The notes below the pieces were generated by a model that searched no databases, was not told the origin of the DNA, and was given only the letters and a program-made list of their open reading frames with translations. The translations under genes and the position numbers were made by a program. From Nemertoderma westbladi (lineage: Eukaryota; Animalia; Xenacoelomorpha): 37,193 nucleotides of DNA. Location of the stretch: the NCBI GenBank assembly GCA_032718475.1, contig JAUCBJ010005896.1, forward strand, positions 1-37,193, in the 5' to 3' direction. Positions 19,428 to 31,499 of this stretch are shown in pieces (position 1 is the first letter of the stretch; every line of letters starts with the position of its first letter).

Positions 19428-20240
19428 TATTCCATATTAAATAATAAAATTTACGGGAATAAATGTAAATTCATATCCTTTCATGAATTTGATAAATTGT
19501 CATTTTTATACAATTTATAACATTCCCAAAATTCCATTAATTAATAGATCATTGGAGCGGAGATTCACCCTATTAAGTGTATTAGTGTGCGAGAATCTCC
19601 AATATATAGTCAATAGCCGATAAAATTCATAAAATCATGTATAAAGGGGAATATTGACAATTAAAGAATTACTATTAAATAGCATCCCAGATCTGTATGC
19701 ATAAGAATTACCCTAATTCTACTGCTAGCTTTCCATAATGTCACCATGGCAACAACCACGCTAGAATTAGAAGTGAGTTAAAAGAGCAATATAAAGCTTG
19801 CCCCATTGAATAGCATGCGGAATAAATATCACACTGCTAGTATCTAGGGATACATAATAATAACATGGCATTCTGGAAGGCACTTGACTAATGGAAAAAT
19901 GGCCCGAATGTGTACAATTTGTGACAGTTGTGTGGAATTTGTGCGTTTATAGGTGAATGTTACTACTAAAGTATGTTTACAGTAGCGAGTCGCAGTTGTG
20001 AAAGTAGCCCTACCTCTGCAGTAAGAACCTGAAGTAAATCTAAGCCCTTGGGACGGACAGTGGAGTGACTCGCGCTGGTATTGTTGTCATTGTGTAGCTA
20101 CTACGTTGGCGAAAGGCACACCGGCGACAGTACATCAGCGTTGAGGATCTTGCGCTGTCCGGGGGCATTGAGGGGTAGGCAGCAACGACCGCTAGCCTAA
20201 TTATGGTTAATTATAATATCGATAAACTCATATAGCAGCT

Positions 20241-21777
20241 ATGACTGAGTTGATAGAAGATGATCTTGATATCAGGGAGCGATATACCCTACCATTGCAA
20301 GCGTTTGTTGATAGTTTAATACGCGGCGACGTTAGTCAACCTATTACGGAGGACGATGGCCGTTATATCGAACCGCCAATGTCAAAGGAACAACTCACGC
20401 GTGAATTGGACTATAGAAAATTCACCGCTCGCTATACGCATCATAATGGTACGTATATGGACTTCTTAACTACTGGTCATCCTATCAATCTACATGATAC
20501 GGACGATGTCGACACCGAAAGGGAAATGGTCCTATTTAAATATCATACCCAGCGGAGTCGGAACGATAAACTGAGAATCGAATGCGAAAATTCTATTCGA
20601 AATCGACTCGAAAGAGAAGACGTTAAAGAACCGGGTAAACGCAGTGACTCCCACGAATATTTGGAATTCTTGAGAGAAACATTGTAAAACTGAAGAAAGA
20701 TCACCAGCGTTTCCCCTACAAGACGTGCGTCTTTGGTATTATTACGATGAATGTCCTAGACCCAACTGACAAATGGAAAGACATAAACATCCGCGGAAAC
20801 GTTGAGCTAAACACAGTTTTACTCTCTATATTTACGGGAGTTTTGAGCGAAACTTGTTCGATGTATCACCTACGCTCGCTCGACTCAAACGATCCTTAAA
20901 TAAACCCATGATCAGAGTTCCGGAATACTCGGTCAGACATCCCTGTTCCCTGGTGAGACCTCAGACTCTTGATCCTAATAGTATCACGGATCCTCCCAAA
21001 CTGCACTCACTGTTCAAAGATCTAGTGTTACCCGAACAATTAGTCGGTGGCACTCCGGTTGTGGGCTCCCTAGATATTCGTCCATCTTACCTAGTCGGAT
21101 TGGGACGCGGACACCTAATATCGCCGTTCAACCCGTATAATCGTCCCGGTTTAACCCGATACAACCTGTCACCGAGGTGGAGGAGAAAATTGTATGCACG
21201 CGTTAGAAACTATTCGATAAAAGATCGGAAAAGGAACCTACGATTGTTTAGAAAAACGTAAATTGCAGCAACAAGTCCAAGCGGTAAACGAATTAGCTTT
21301 ATCTCAGTTCGATCGGGAAATCCAGAATATCTAAGAAGATATCGAACTTGGACGACCCTACTCTCTAAACGAGTTTTAGACGAATGCTTCCAACGACAAG
21401 CGGAGGAAAATCAGCTCTAGGAGAAGCATATCGATTTCGACAGAGCCCGAGAACGCGAGTCGGAAAGAACCATCAAACCGAGGAAATTTCTCACTACACA
21501 CGGTCCACCTACCGCTCTCGTGCAAACGACCCGTCAGGGACCAGTAAGAGCTGCTGTCTTGAAACGCGCTCTGAAGGTTGTTCGACCTCGTTCCACTGAG
21601 GTTGATACTGATCAACCGAGTACCTCGACCGGCGGATACACCGACCGTCATCCTAAACCTTCCGATGCAATTGTATTGCACCCTTCATCCAGGAGTTATA
21701 GCCCTCCTAGTAAAGTGGCTCGCCCCAAAGAGAAAAGGACTCTTGCTAGCCTCAAAAAACTGCGTAAACTCGCGTAG
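20241..21777 (+). pseudogene. Decayed additional ORF3 (~510 codons) of element B, unknown function, not env-like
   Basis: Track ORFs 20854..21261 and 21520..21777 share one frame that extends back to ~20675 with four single in-frame stops. It joins 20241..20687 by one +1 frameshift. GC-richer than its flanks; no signal peptide or transmembrane segment. Confidence 0.65.
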
Positions 21778-21857
21778 GAAGGACTAACTGTTTAGAGTAT
21801 TTTTATATTTTAGAAACTGTGATTTTTTATATTTTATAGAATTAAATCCCATTTTCT

Positions 21858-21865
21858 GGGAGCCG
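21858..21865 (+). promoter_or_regulatory. Short purine-rich tract (GGGAGCCG) at the PPT position
   Basis: Immediately precedes the TG of the 3' LTR; short and imperfect. Confidence 0.5.
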
Positions 21866-23029
21866 TGTAAAAGCTTTTGCGGATATAACCAGTCATTTCT
21901 CCGCAATGTACCGTGTAGGTGCTTTTAGCGGACATAACAAGCCATTTTTACCCGTTATGTCTGTATGCGTGCTTTAGCGGACATAACTAGCCATTCTGCC
22001 GCAATTCGCTTAATACTCTAAAAGATGACTCAGATGACGCAATCTGTCAGCTGATTTAATGCCAGCGTGGAGCTTTTCTTTGTTCTTTGTTCGGCTCGCT
22101 CGACCAATCAGAGCGATTTTCATTTTGTGTTGACCAGTGCATACAGAAACCCACGCAATTCAGTCAGTGTGTATCTTTCTAAGCCCAGAACACCGGCTTA
22201 GGATTCTTCTGTACTTCTGTGGAAGTTTCAGACTTTGACCTAAACCTCAGAAACATCAGATGGCTTTGATTAAAGAAATGTAAAACTATTAACGCAGCAC
22301 ACCGCCACATCGCGGCATTACGCAACGCGATTCAACTACACATACTGACTGTTCACCGCATTATTTGATTCTGTTATTAATTGGTGTTACTGTGTTATGT
22401 TGGTATATATTGCTGATATATTTGGAAAATACCGATGAATAATCATAAAACCCTCAATCTCTTTGATTACTAAAGGTTAGAGGAACAGGTTTACCGGTAG
22501 CAACTGCGACTTACATTATAGTGGTTTTTGTGTGAATTGAATGCTATTTCATAATCCCTACATGTGTCAGTTGCGATCCTCCTTATATATGATCAAATTC
22601 AGTGACGGTCGGCAGATCAGTGCGCAGTAGTGTGAACTAGTGTGAAGTCGTGTGAAGTAGTGTGAAGGTTAATAAAGCATCTCCTAAAGAATGCGCCTTT
22701 TACGAAACTCAGTAGCCATCCAGTTGTGATTAGTATAAGTCATAACTCTGTTTTATACTTAAAGCGCCACGTCCTAAAGGAACTGTTAATATTTCCCCGA
22801 AAGTAAATATATTGTCAGAGATTATATATTAACGATCAATCGAATAATACAGTAGGTCTACACTGCAATCACTATCAAAGCATCCGAATCCAGTCTCCCT
22901 TAACTGTGGGTGAATGGTCGCGCACAGGCTGTCTTCGGCTGATGTACCTTCAGTACATTAAATAATTGATATACAAAAAGACACCTAAAATTGGCAGGTT
23001 AAACTGCTAAAGGTCTAAAAGCGCGAACA
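21866..23029 (+). repeat. 3' LTR of element B (1164 bp)
   Basis: Direct repeat of 10299..11486, followed by TSD ACCAA. Confidence 0.97.
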
Positions 23030-25298
23030 ACCAAGTCTCCTTCTTGGGTTATGCGTGCATTAACTATTGCATAGAGATCCATTCCAAAACCCTTTGCCTT
23101 CAATAATGGTGCCCTTGTCAATAATGTAGCCATCGATGACTTTCTTTAGTAAAACCTAATAAGTCATAAGATCACATGAATGAATAAGCTAACTGGTGCT
23201 GATAGGAGCTGCATTGCGGACTGACAGCTACAGTACCACATTACTACCTGGTACAGTTAGTACTGTTGGAGGATCTCAGAACCTTTGCATGGCAGTGGAA
23301 AATGAACACCCGAATAATCAATGTGTTCTAATAGTTAATTTTTGCCCCACTGGGTTAACCCATGTTGGTGTTTCCATTAATATTGATCATTCTACATTCA
23401 GTCTTATCAATTAGTGTTTGTTTACCGTGCAGATAGACTGACTGTCTTATATGATTTCAACATTTGTGGGCTTATCTAGAAATACATACTGTATGTAACT
23501 ACAATTAGAACTAAATAATATATGTATGTTTGCTTATAAATTACATTGATTTATTGTGCAAATAAGTAATAATCATATGTTTGTTGAAATATTATAAATA
23601 ATATAGACATAGAACAAATTAATTATTATTGTAACAAACAATAATTTTATTAATTCCTTTTCGGATTATTACACAATCAGTAGGTAGATATCTAACGGAT
23701 TTTATGATCAAAGTAATATAGGAATATTATTCAAAACAATTTAATTGTATTTGTACACCCAAAATAAGCTCTCTCTCTCCCTCCCCAGTTCAAATTCGCA
23801 TTCCCATTATTCTTTTCATCACATCCTTTGCTCGCAGTAAACCATTATTGTACTGTATAATTTGGATATGTGGTGTGTCTGATCCAGGATGCGGAATAAC
23901 ACAAATTACCGGTACAGTCACTGACTTGTGATACGTATAGCCGGTGTTCACCTGTTAAACGTCACGGTTCGGATAGTAATCCATGAATATTATGAGAACG
24001 TTGTCAGCTGTTAGTCCCATTTTTTTTGTCACATATATAGCAAGCAGTGTACTGTATTTTTAATTTTTTAAAATAATCGAATCGTACGGCAGAAGAACTC
24101 GTTGTCATGACAACGGATAAATTGTTAAAATAAGTGTAAACAAGCACGGTGTGGTATGTTCTTGTTGATGTTCCTTCCAATTTTCAATGTCAAGTAAGTG
24201 TATTTTTGGTTGCTCCATTCTGCTATTCCATTGGGAAGTCAAGATTTCTTAGCTGTAACCAATAAACGGATGCCATATACGGTCCAACGCGAGCTTAAAC
24301 TGTGGCACTGTCCGCTAAGGGGACACACAAGCAGTGACACACTAAATGGTGTCAGCAGTCGTACCCAATGAGACCATTGATCCGGCTGACCCAACACTCG
24401 CTGACGCTTCCAGCCACATTAGCAGTAAGTTTAAGTAAGCGTACCACCTACCGTGGAAGGCCATGGACTTGTACGGAATTGTTCTTTCAGAGGTTGCGTG
24501 GTCTCATATTCAGGTCTTGCACACGGCCAGTTTGGAATGTTTATACAACATCCAAACTGCGTCAGTCACTCCTATCCTAAAATCATCCACCGTTTAGCCA
24601 ATGCACTCTCTTGTTCCTCTTGTAGGAGGAATGTATGTTGGACGTATGAATGTGTTTGAACGTTTTGAGGATTTTTAGAGCATTGGACGGCCAAAGATGG
24701 AAATGCACATGAACGATTGTGCACAACGATACCATGTCAACACTTCGAAAGGAAATCAGTGCCCATGACAACACTTCGAATAACGAAAACTAACATTTTT
24801 GTAAACTTGTAACTTTTTTATAATTTAATAATTAATATCGTATTTATTCCAAGGTAAAATTAAAGCTAAATATTATATTATATTATGTTTCATGCAGGAT
24901 TTCATGCTAGGATACAATAATTGTCTACGTATTAGCATGGGGTAAAACTTTACAATAAAAAGGCGCTCGTCAAACCAATATTTCGAAGTGATGACCATAA
25001 ACCTGCACATCAACATCGTGATACACCGTGGCGAGTCCAATACATGTTAGTTAGCTGACGCATGATGAGAAGCTTCTCCTTAAAAAAGTATAATCTATAG
25101 GGTTTAAATGCCAATACAGTATCCATTATTGTTAATAGAAATTAGGCGGTATTTGATATTTTGAATCATTACTCAACATTTCCTATGAACGGTCAACATC
25201 AATATTTAGTCTATTAAAACAGTTAAATACAAAGCAGTTGATTGCTCCATTGTTGATGATAATCAAATTACTCTCGCTACATTCTACTATATACGGAA

Positions 25299-26570
25299 AT
25301 GGAGGGTTACGTCCCGGTGGCAAAAGAAGATACGCAAATGGGAATGACGAGAATGTTACCTGAAGAAGAATACGACGACTTTAGCCGAGAGCCGGATAAT
25401 ACCAACGGAAACGGGGGGCCAATACAAGTTGACGATGGTTACCAGTTTGTTAATTACAAGGGTGAGCCAGTAACCAGTAAAGGAGAAGTAGTCGCGGAAC
25501 CAGTGAGAAGTAAGAATAATGCAGTCAGGCAACCAATAAGTAGTAAGGATGATACAGTCATGGAAAAGGAACCAATAAGAAGACAGGGAGCTACTAACGA
25601 AGCAATCCTGATGCAGGAAAGTGCGAATATGGATAACTCACTGAAAACATCTGTAACTTACGACCATATCCAGGACACAAAAGTTCGATCGAAGTACCCC
25701 AAAATTCTGTGGGTATTGATATCAATTATTGGGATACTTATTCTAATTGTTGTCATAGCAACAATTGTTGCGACTATGGTTGCAAATAAAGGATTCCTTG
25801 CCGATAAACTTGATATTTTGGAACAATCAACCAACCAACAAATACAGATGCTGAATAAGGAAATTGTTAAGCAAAAAAACCAATACAACGAACTTGAGGT
25901 TCACCTTAAAGAAATATCGGATAAATTCAATGTACACCAGAATAAATTATGTTATGACCACCAAGAGAACAATACCATTGCAATACAATACAGCCATGTT
26001 TTTAAAGACTGGGTCAGGTGTGAGACAACAGTCCCCAATGGACCATGGTTGGTAATACAAAGACGAATTAATGGAAATGTCAAATTCAATGAAAATTGGG
26101 AACTTTATAAAAAGGGTTTCGGTGATGCGAATGAGTTTTGGTTAGGGTTACAATCCATGTACGAGCTTACAAAGGATGTCGGTTTAGTAATGAGAGTTGA
26201 TCTGTGGTGGAATGGAATCTATAAATACGCTGAGTTTGAGTATTTTAGAGTTCAGTTTGCCTCTTCCGAATATAAGATGAATGTGTCTGGGTTTTCTGGT
26301 ACAGCCGGCGATAGCTTAGCCTATCACAACGGCGCTTTCTTCTCTACTATTGATGACGACAATGACTACACGGATAATGAGAACTGCGCGGATGTATTCC
26401 AGTCGGGATGGTGGTTTAGGGAATGCGATAAGTCGCTAAGCTACAAGCGGCAGTCCAACCTAAACGGCGTTTACGGTTTAGGGAATTACGAGGGGGTCTA
26501 CTGGGAGACATTCACAGGGGCTGAGTCAGCAGACAAGGTGGAAATAAAACTCAATGTCCGCGGAATATAG
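25299..26570 (+). CDS. Type II transmembrane fibrinogen-related-domain protein (FIBCD1/angiopoietin-like FReD), intronless CDS, 423 aa
   Basis: 135-aa hydrophilic N-terminus, hydrophobic span at aa ~136-161, coiled coil, then FReD motifs WLVIQRR, WELYKKGFG, EFWLGL, GTAGDSLAYHNGAFFST, GWWFREC, SNLNG. GAAATGG start context; AATAAA at 26680. Confidence 0.92.
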   Translation: MEGYVPVAKEDTQMGMTRMLPEEEYDDFSREPDNTNGNGGPIQVDDGYQFVNYKGEPVTSKGEVVAEPVRSKNNAVRQPISSKDDTVMEKEPIRRQGATNEAILMQESANMDNSLKTSVTYDHIQDTKVRSKYPKILWVLISIIGILILIVVIATIVATMVANKGFLADKLDILEQSTNQQIQMLNKEIVKQKNQYNELEVHLKEISDKFNVHQNKLCYDHQENNTIAIQYSHVFKDWVRCETTVPNGPWLVIQRRINGNVKFNENWELYKKGFGDANEFWLGLQSMYELTKDVGLVMRVDLWWNGIYKYAEFEYFRVQFASSEYKMNVSGFSGTAGDSLAYHNGAFFSTIDDDNDYTDNENCADVFQSGWWFRECDKSLSYKRQSNLNGVYGLGNYEGVYWETFTGAESADKVEIKLNVRGI

Positions 26571-26783
26571 CGCTGTTGAATTACTCGTTACAAACTTTCG
26601 TATACTTTGAATTACTCGTGTACAACAGGACCAGGGACATTTAATTGCGTAAACTTAATTTAGTCAATATTAGTCCACGAATAAACATCGATACCCGAAC
26701 GTTACGTTACGCTGTATGCATGAAACATGGTTGCCATTGCAACAATATGTAACATAATGCAACATAATGTAGTAATAGCTATT

Positions 26784-26919
26784 TACATACTTGTGTGTAT
26801 AGTAGCACTTTACAGTGTGATGATCCGAGTGGCTTTGTTACACGAACGAGCGTAGTGAGTGAGTGAAAATAAAGCCACGAGGATCAGAACACTGTAAAGT
26901 ACTTTGCAACAAGTATGTA
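26784..26919. repeat. Imperfect palindrome, probably a small non-autonomous DNA element
   Basis: TACATACTTGT...ACTTTACAGTGTGATGATCCGAGTGGCTTT pairs with AAAGCCACGAGGATCAGAACACTGTAAAGT...ACAAGTATGTA. The loop ACGAGCGTAGTGAGTG resembles the CGAGCGAAGCGAG motif I recall from invertebrate repeats. Confidence 0.7.
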
Positions 26920-27477
26920 TGTAATTTTATTCCTATATGTTGCTGTATAAAATAAATGTAACAATGACATAAATTATGTTATAAAAAAGTTAGCTTATAT
27001 TTATGGTGGCGTTTGGTTGGAGCCATGTTAATAGCTACTGGTTATTAATAGCTACCGCTAGGTAATGCAGTAGGCCTATTTAGCTGTCAGGCAATTAATT
27101 ATAAATGCCACCTATTGTTTACGTGATAACCAATGCCGCCGTAACTTTACAGCTCGCCGTAATTGGTTACCACATAAACAAGGGACATTACAACACCAAT
27201 ACAATGCTAATGTACAGGCCAATACAATGCTGCTGCTGTAATGTCCTCAATAGTTGTAAAGTGCTTAAATGGCTACTGTTAGTTTTGAAACAGGACAATC
27301 AACGAAAGATTGAAATAGGGGCGAAATCTAGCCATTCGCTCTAATTAATGGCAGAACCCCAACATCTCAGTGCAAAGGATTGTCATGGGGAAATTAAATG
27401 CAATAGCGATAAAACTTTAAATTTCATTTAGATAACTGCAGACGTTTAGGTTTATTACTTAAACATTATAAATGTAC

Positions 27478-27594
27478 AAATAATAGAGTAAGTGTTACAA
27501 ACGGGAAACAGGGTCTCAATAAATTTAAATTTACCAATAAAGATAGCATAGAATATACCCTGTTTCCCGTTTGTAACACTTAGCTCTATTATTT
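27478..27594. repeat. Short foldback with 26-bp perfect inverted repeat (37 bp with one bulge)
   Basis: TAAGTGTTACAAACGGGAAACAGGGT at 27489..27514 is the exact reverse complement of 27557..27582. Confidence 0.8.
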
Positions 27595-27717
27595 GGGCAT
27601 CACGAAAAGTATCATTGTATTGTATTGTATAATTTTTAGGTTTGATTGTATAATACACCAAGGAGAACTCGTAGAGCACACCTATAAAGAGTATAATAAA
27701 TTGCACATACCACTGAA

Positions 27718-27950
27718 AGTCAAAGGTTACAAAGAGTCAAAGGTTACAACGGGACAAAGGTTACGAAATTCCTTTTTCGAAAATGGCGGGTCAAAGGTTA
27801 CGAAATTCCTTTTTCGAAAATGGCGGGTCAAAGGTTACAAAATACCGAGTCGATGGTTACAATTAGCGAGTCAAAGGTTACACCATTCAAATACAAAAAG
27901 AAATTAGACACGAGACAGGTTAAAGCATCACACACGTCAAAGGTTACAAA
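27718..27950. repeat. Cluster of (GT)CAAAGGTTAC motifs including a perfect 37-bp duplication
   Basis: Seven exact CAAAGGTTAC copies plus one degenerate copy. CAAAGGTTACGAAATTCCTTTTTCGAAAATGGCGGGT occurs twice in tandem. Confidence 0.85.
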
Positions 27951-29700
27951 ATACGCTCCAACATAGGTGGAGAGTTTCCCACAGAAAGCCGCAGTCAACA
28001 CACAACTTGTCACCTCGATTATTAGGATAGCTCAGCATTCGAATCAACAACGTATTCACCCATTGCTTCATGATCCCAATTCTATTGCTAACGCCTCAAC
28101 TTAACACTCGTACATAGAAACCAGCTATTGCAGCTAGAAACGGCACAGTTCTATGAGCAGTGCAGTGGCGGGGTGTTGGAGTGTATGATACTGGCATCAT
28201 ACAATACATAACTAACTTAAGTGCAATTGGAGTTCGTAAGTGTAGTGTGGTCAGAACGTAAACGATTAGAGACTGTTATTATCATTTATTGTTAAGATGG
28301 TTTATATTATTATCATTAAAGTTGTTTTGATTTAAATTAAGAAGCACTTAATGACGTAATTCTAATGTTTGTTTGATCAGTATTCCCTCACCCCCGTCCC
28401 CCGATTGCACTCTTCCCCAGGTCCAATGGAAGTATTGTGAATATTAATATCCTATGCATACCTACGTACGTACACCTTTAACGTATACATGAACAATTAC
28501 ATCCTGATATAACCGCTCTCTTCTATAGAGTTTACAAACGGGATTAGATTAGATTAGATTGGAGCTTATTGTCATAACAAAGTAAGATGTTGCCAAACGT
28601 CTGGTAAAACAACATTAAATGACTCACACACATGTGGCAATAAACGACTAATGTAACATAAGAAATGTGACCAACACCAAGCAACATGTGATTATTACAA
28701 ACAAACAAATATGCGATTCCATTTATGTTAAAAATCTCAACATTGTTTAAAAATTTCAGAACGCTACGTTCGCCGTTATGTTTTACTATTATGCAATTTT
28801 TCAACAATAACAATATTCATGTGTATTAGTATTATGAACTATATGAACACAAAAAGAGTGTAACAGCCACAATTTCCTCTCCATTTACTGCATAACGCCT
28901 TAACCTAGCAACCAAACATAATATTCATAACCAGCGAGTTAATGTAATGGAACGATGCCTTTCGTGGCGTAAGCATACTCAAATGATTATTAAATATAAT
29001 TCCAGACATTATCTCAACTCAAATGATTATTATTTATGTCGATTTATCCCTTATAATTTATCTACTTTCATGTATATACTTTATTATACACCTTTACCAA
29101 AAATGAAATACGAAACTGTTTTTTTAAACTCTTATACCGCCCGGCCCGGTCATTCTATCTACAGCCTAGAGATTGTTGTAGGTAGGTAGTTTGCTGTAGC
29201 AGTGATAGGATTCACTGTTATTGTATTGAACCAACACAATAATTACGCTACGTATTTCGCTGTATGTTTAGTTTACTTCAGCAGTGCCTATTAACGTGAC
29301 TTATCATAAGTTGTTTTGTAGTAATATAAAGTAATTTATGCAGTAAATAATTATTTACGGTGATTGTAATATTAATTACATATTTAAATTAAGCATTAAT
29401 AATATTAATTAATAATATCGTTCAATTAAATAAATAACGAGTATAGGAGTAATAAACTTTCGACCGGTTGAGTTATAATTTATCGAGCCGTTGGTACAAA
29501 TTAGAGAAAGGTAAACAAGTAAAGAAAAGGTAAAAAAGTAAAGTTTCAGGTCCTCCCTCATGGATTACGCGCAAAGTCTGACGACATATTTCTAGTGACG
29601 TCATACCAGCGATCTCAATTGGCTACCATTTAAGGAGGCACGTCATCGTTGTGCCCTGGTTTGTCCCTTAAAAGCATTCGTGCCGAAACGGAAACTGATC

Positions 29701-29778
29701 GGTCCCCCATGCTGGGATCGAACCCACGAACTCCGGATTGGATTTCAAGGCAACGGATTTAACCATTACACCAGGGGT
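29701..29778 (-). mobile_element. tRNA-derived SINE head or tRNA pseudogene
   Basis: Minus-strand Pol III A box TGGTGTAATGG (29763..29773) and B box GGTTCGATCCC (29714..29724) at tRNA-like spacing. The anticodon arm is not canonical. Confidence 0.65.
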
Positions 29779-31105
29779 GGAAACTACTCCAGTAGTAGAT
29801 AAAGAGGAAGGGTCAGACTAATATCAGGTGAGATCGGAAATATATAATGGATTAAATATTGGCTTTTATGTGGGGAAACTGTAAACATTGTGACAACTAT
29901 CAGCCAAACACCGAAAGGCAAACATTAAACAGTGAGTGACCTATATTTTGGCTAAAATGTTCAAACAACTGTAACCCAATCGACAATTCAACACATGGGT
30001 GTTGAATGTAATATAATTATCTGACGTTATGACGTAACTAATATATTGAGTTTACAGACACTTACACTCTGCCTATGGCTATGGACACTTTATTGACTCA
30101 GCTCAGACAATGGATAAACATAAAGCACACATGAACAAAGTGATATGAGCAATACATGTAAGATAGCACGAGAGTTAATTGACAACGTAGACTTGATAAA
30201 TTATAACACTTAATTAGTCCAAAATGAAACTAGTAAGTACGTAAGCAAAAGCAAGTGAGTAAATAAATTGAATACCCATGAAGGCGACGGTGACAGATGA
30301 TGGCGACAAGCCATCATATCTGCACATCGCCTCCCCGTAGGGAGTTCAAAGTGTTTATATATATAGATAGCAAACAATCGACGACTACCAGGGTCACCCT
30401 GCAAAACACCACAAATACCTTATGTAAGCGAGGGTCCCATAACACTAATTGTGAACCTGTATAAAACCATAAGCGCTCTTAGCATTACACCAGCATAACC
30501 CATGGATTTTGAATTTTAGTAGAGCTATTTATTTATAATAATTTAAGAGACTCGTTCAATGTTCATAGGCAGTGGCAAAATCTACACAATATATTAGTAT
30601 AGCCTTATAATAGTATTCTCTGAACCATGTTGTGGTAGCTTTTACACGTCTTATAAACTTATATATAAATATATATAAAAATAACGTATGTATGTATTAT
30701 GTAATAACTTATATATATTATAACTTATACTCTGTGCAAAAAGCAAAAAGCAGACAATCATAAAATTCCATTTCTTTTCCAACTCATTCTCATCGCTACT
30801 CTCAAAACTACTGGTGGTGATATAATGGGACCACAAATCTGAGAGAACCTGATTTCCAGTTATACAGATCCTTATTTTCTACAGAAAGTCATAGACATAT
30901 TAACTTTACAAAGGCAAACCACGCAATTTAGAAGAGGCTATCAATCATTTTACCAAGAGATTGGTTGTCGCTTTCGGCGTAGCGTTTACACCCGCTCAAT
31001 AGGTAACCACAACAGAAGTTTGTGCGACAAACCAAGAACCAAAGTTCACTTTCAGGTCAAAGAACCATTCCTACAATACTGAGTGTCACTACTTTGGTCG
31101 GAGGT

Positions 31106-31350
31106 TAGTTTTTACGGCCTGTGTGGCTGTGGAGCGAACTACGAAGTAATGTGAGCCTTAGCGTAGGGGTATCATTAATCAACCTGTCGTTTTGTCGTGT
31201 CCAATATTTAAACGTTAATAACTCGATCAATCCTCGATGAAATTTAACCAAACTTGGTACACATGTAGTCTGGAAAAAGTTTAGAAATTTTCTACGCAGA
31301 ATTTACGTGTTGCCTTCGAAAAGCGAAGATAAAAGAAGTTAATTAATTTT
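31106..31350 (+). mobile_element. Possible Helentron-associated (DINE-1/HINE-like) non-autonomous element
   Basis: T-run start, AATAACTC...AAATTTAACCAAACTTGGTACACATGT core like those I recall from such repeats, and a short terminal hairpin CTTCG-AAAAG-CGAAG. Boundaries approximate. Confidence 0.4.
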
Positions 31351-31499
31351 TAGTTGGTGTAGTGGTTGATGACATCTATAGGGCAACAAGAGAAGCCAGA
31401 TCATTAGTCAGCATTCTTATTATTCAATTGTAGGAAAATATTCAAAATTGTTTACTTTGCAAAATGATGACTTGGGTATTTAATGACGAGTCTTTATAA

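Larger units (their letters stand above)
10299..23029 (+). mobile_element. BEL/Pao LTR retrotransposon, element B: complete ends, non-autonomous (RT, most of RNase H and integrase deleted)
   Basis: Two near-identical LTRs with TG...CA ends. 5-bp TSD ACCAA at 10294..10298 and 23030..23034. Internal region homologous to A. Confidence 0.97.

Noticed and set aside
20109-20117. GCGAAAGGC identical to part of HCV IRES domain IIId
   Set aside because: Only 9 nt; the apical GGG loop and the IIIe/pseudoknot context are not evident, so no HCV-type assignment is made.
24480-24740. Possible decayed THAP-domain transposon on the minus strand (MVSLCTIV...FHLWP...RVHWL)
   Set aside because: The second Cys and the CxxHF motif are missing and no TIRs were found; too degenerate to call.
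29701-29778. Functional tRNA gene
   Set aside because: A and B boxes are present, but the anticodon and acceptor stems do not form a canonical cloverleaf; kept only as a SINE head or pseudogene.
30651-30836. Short minus-strand ORF or possible exon (…SSDENELEKKW…)
   Set aside because: No recognisable homology or partner exons.
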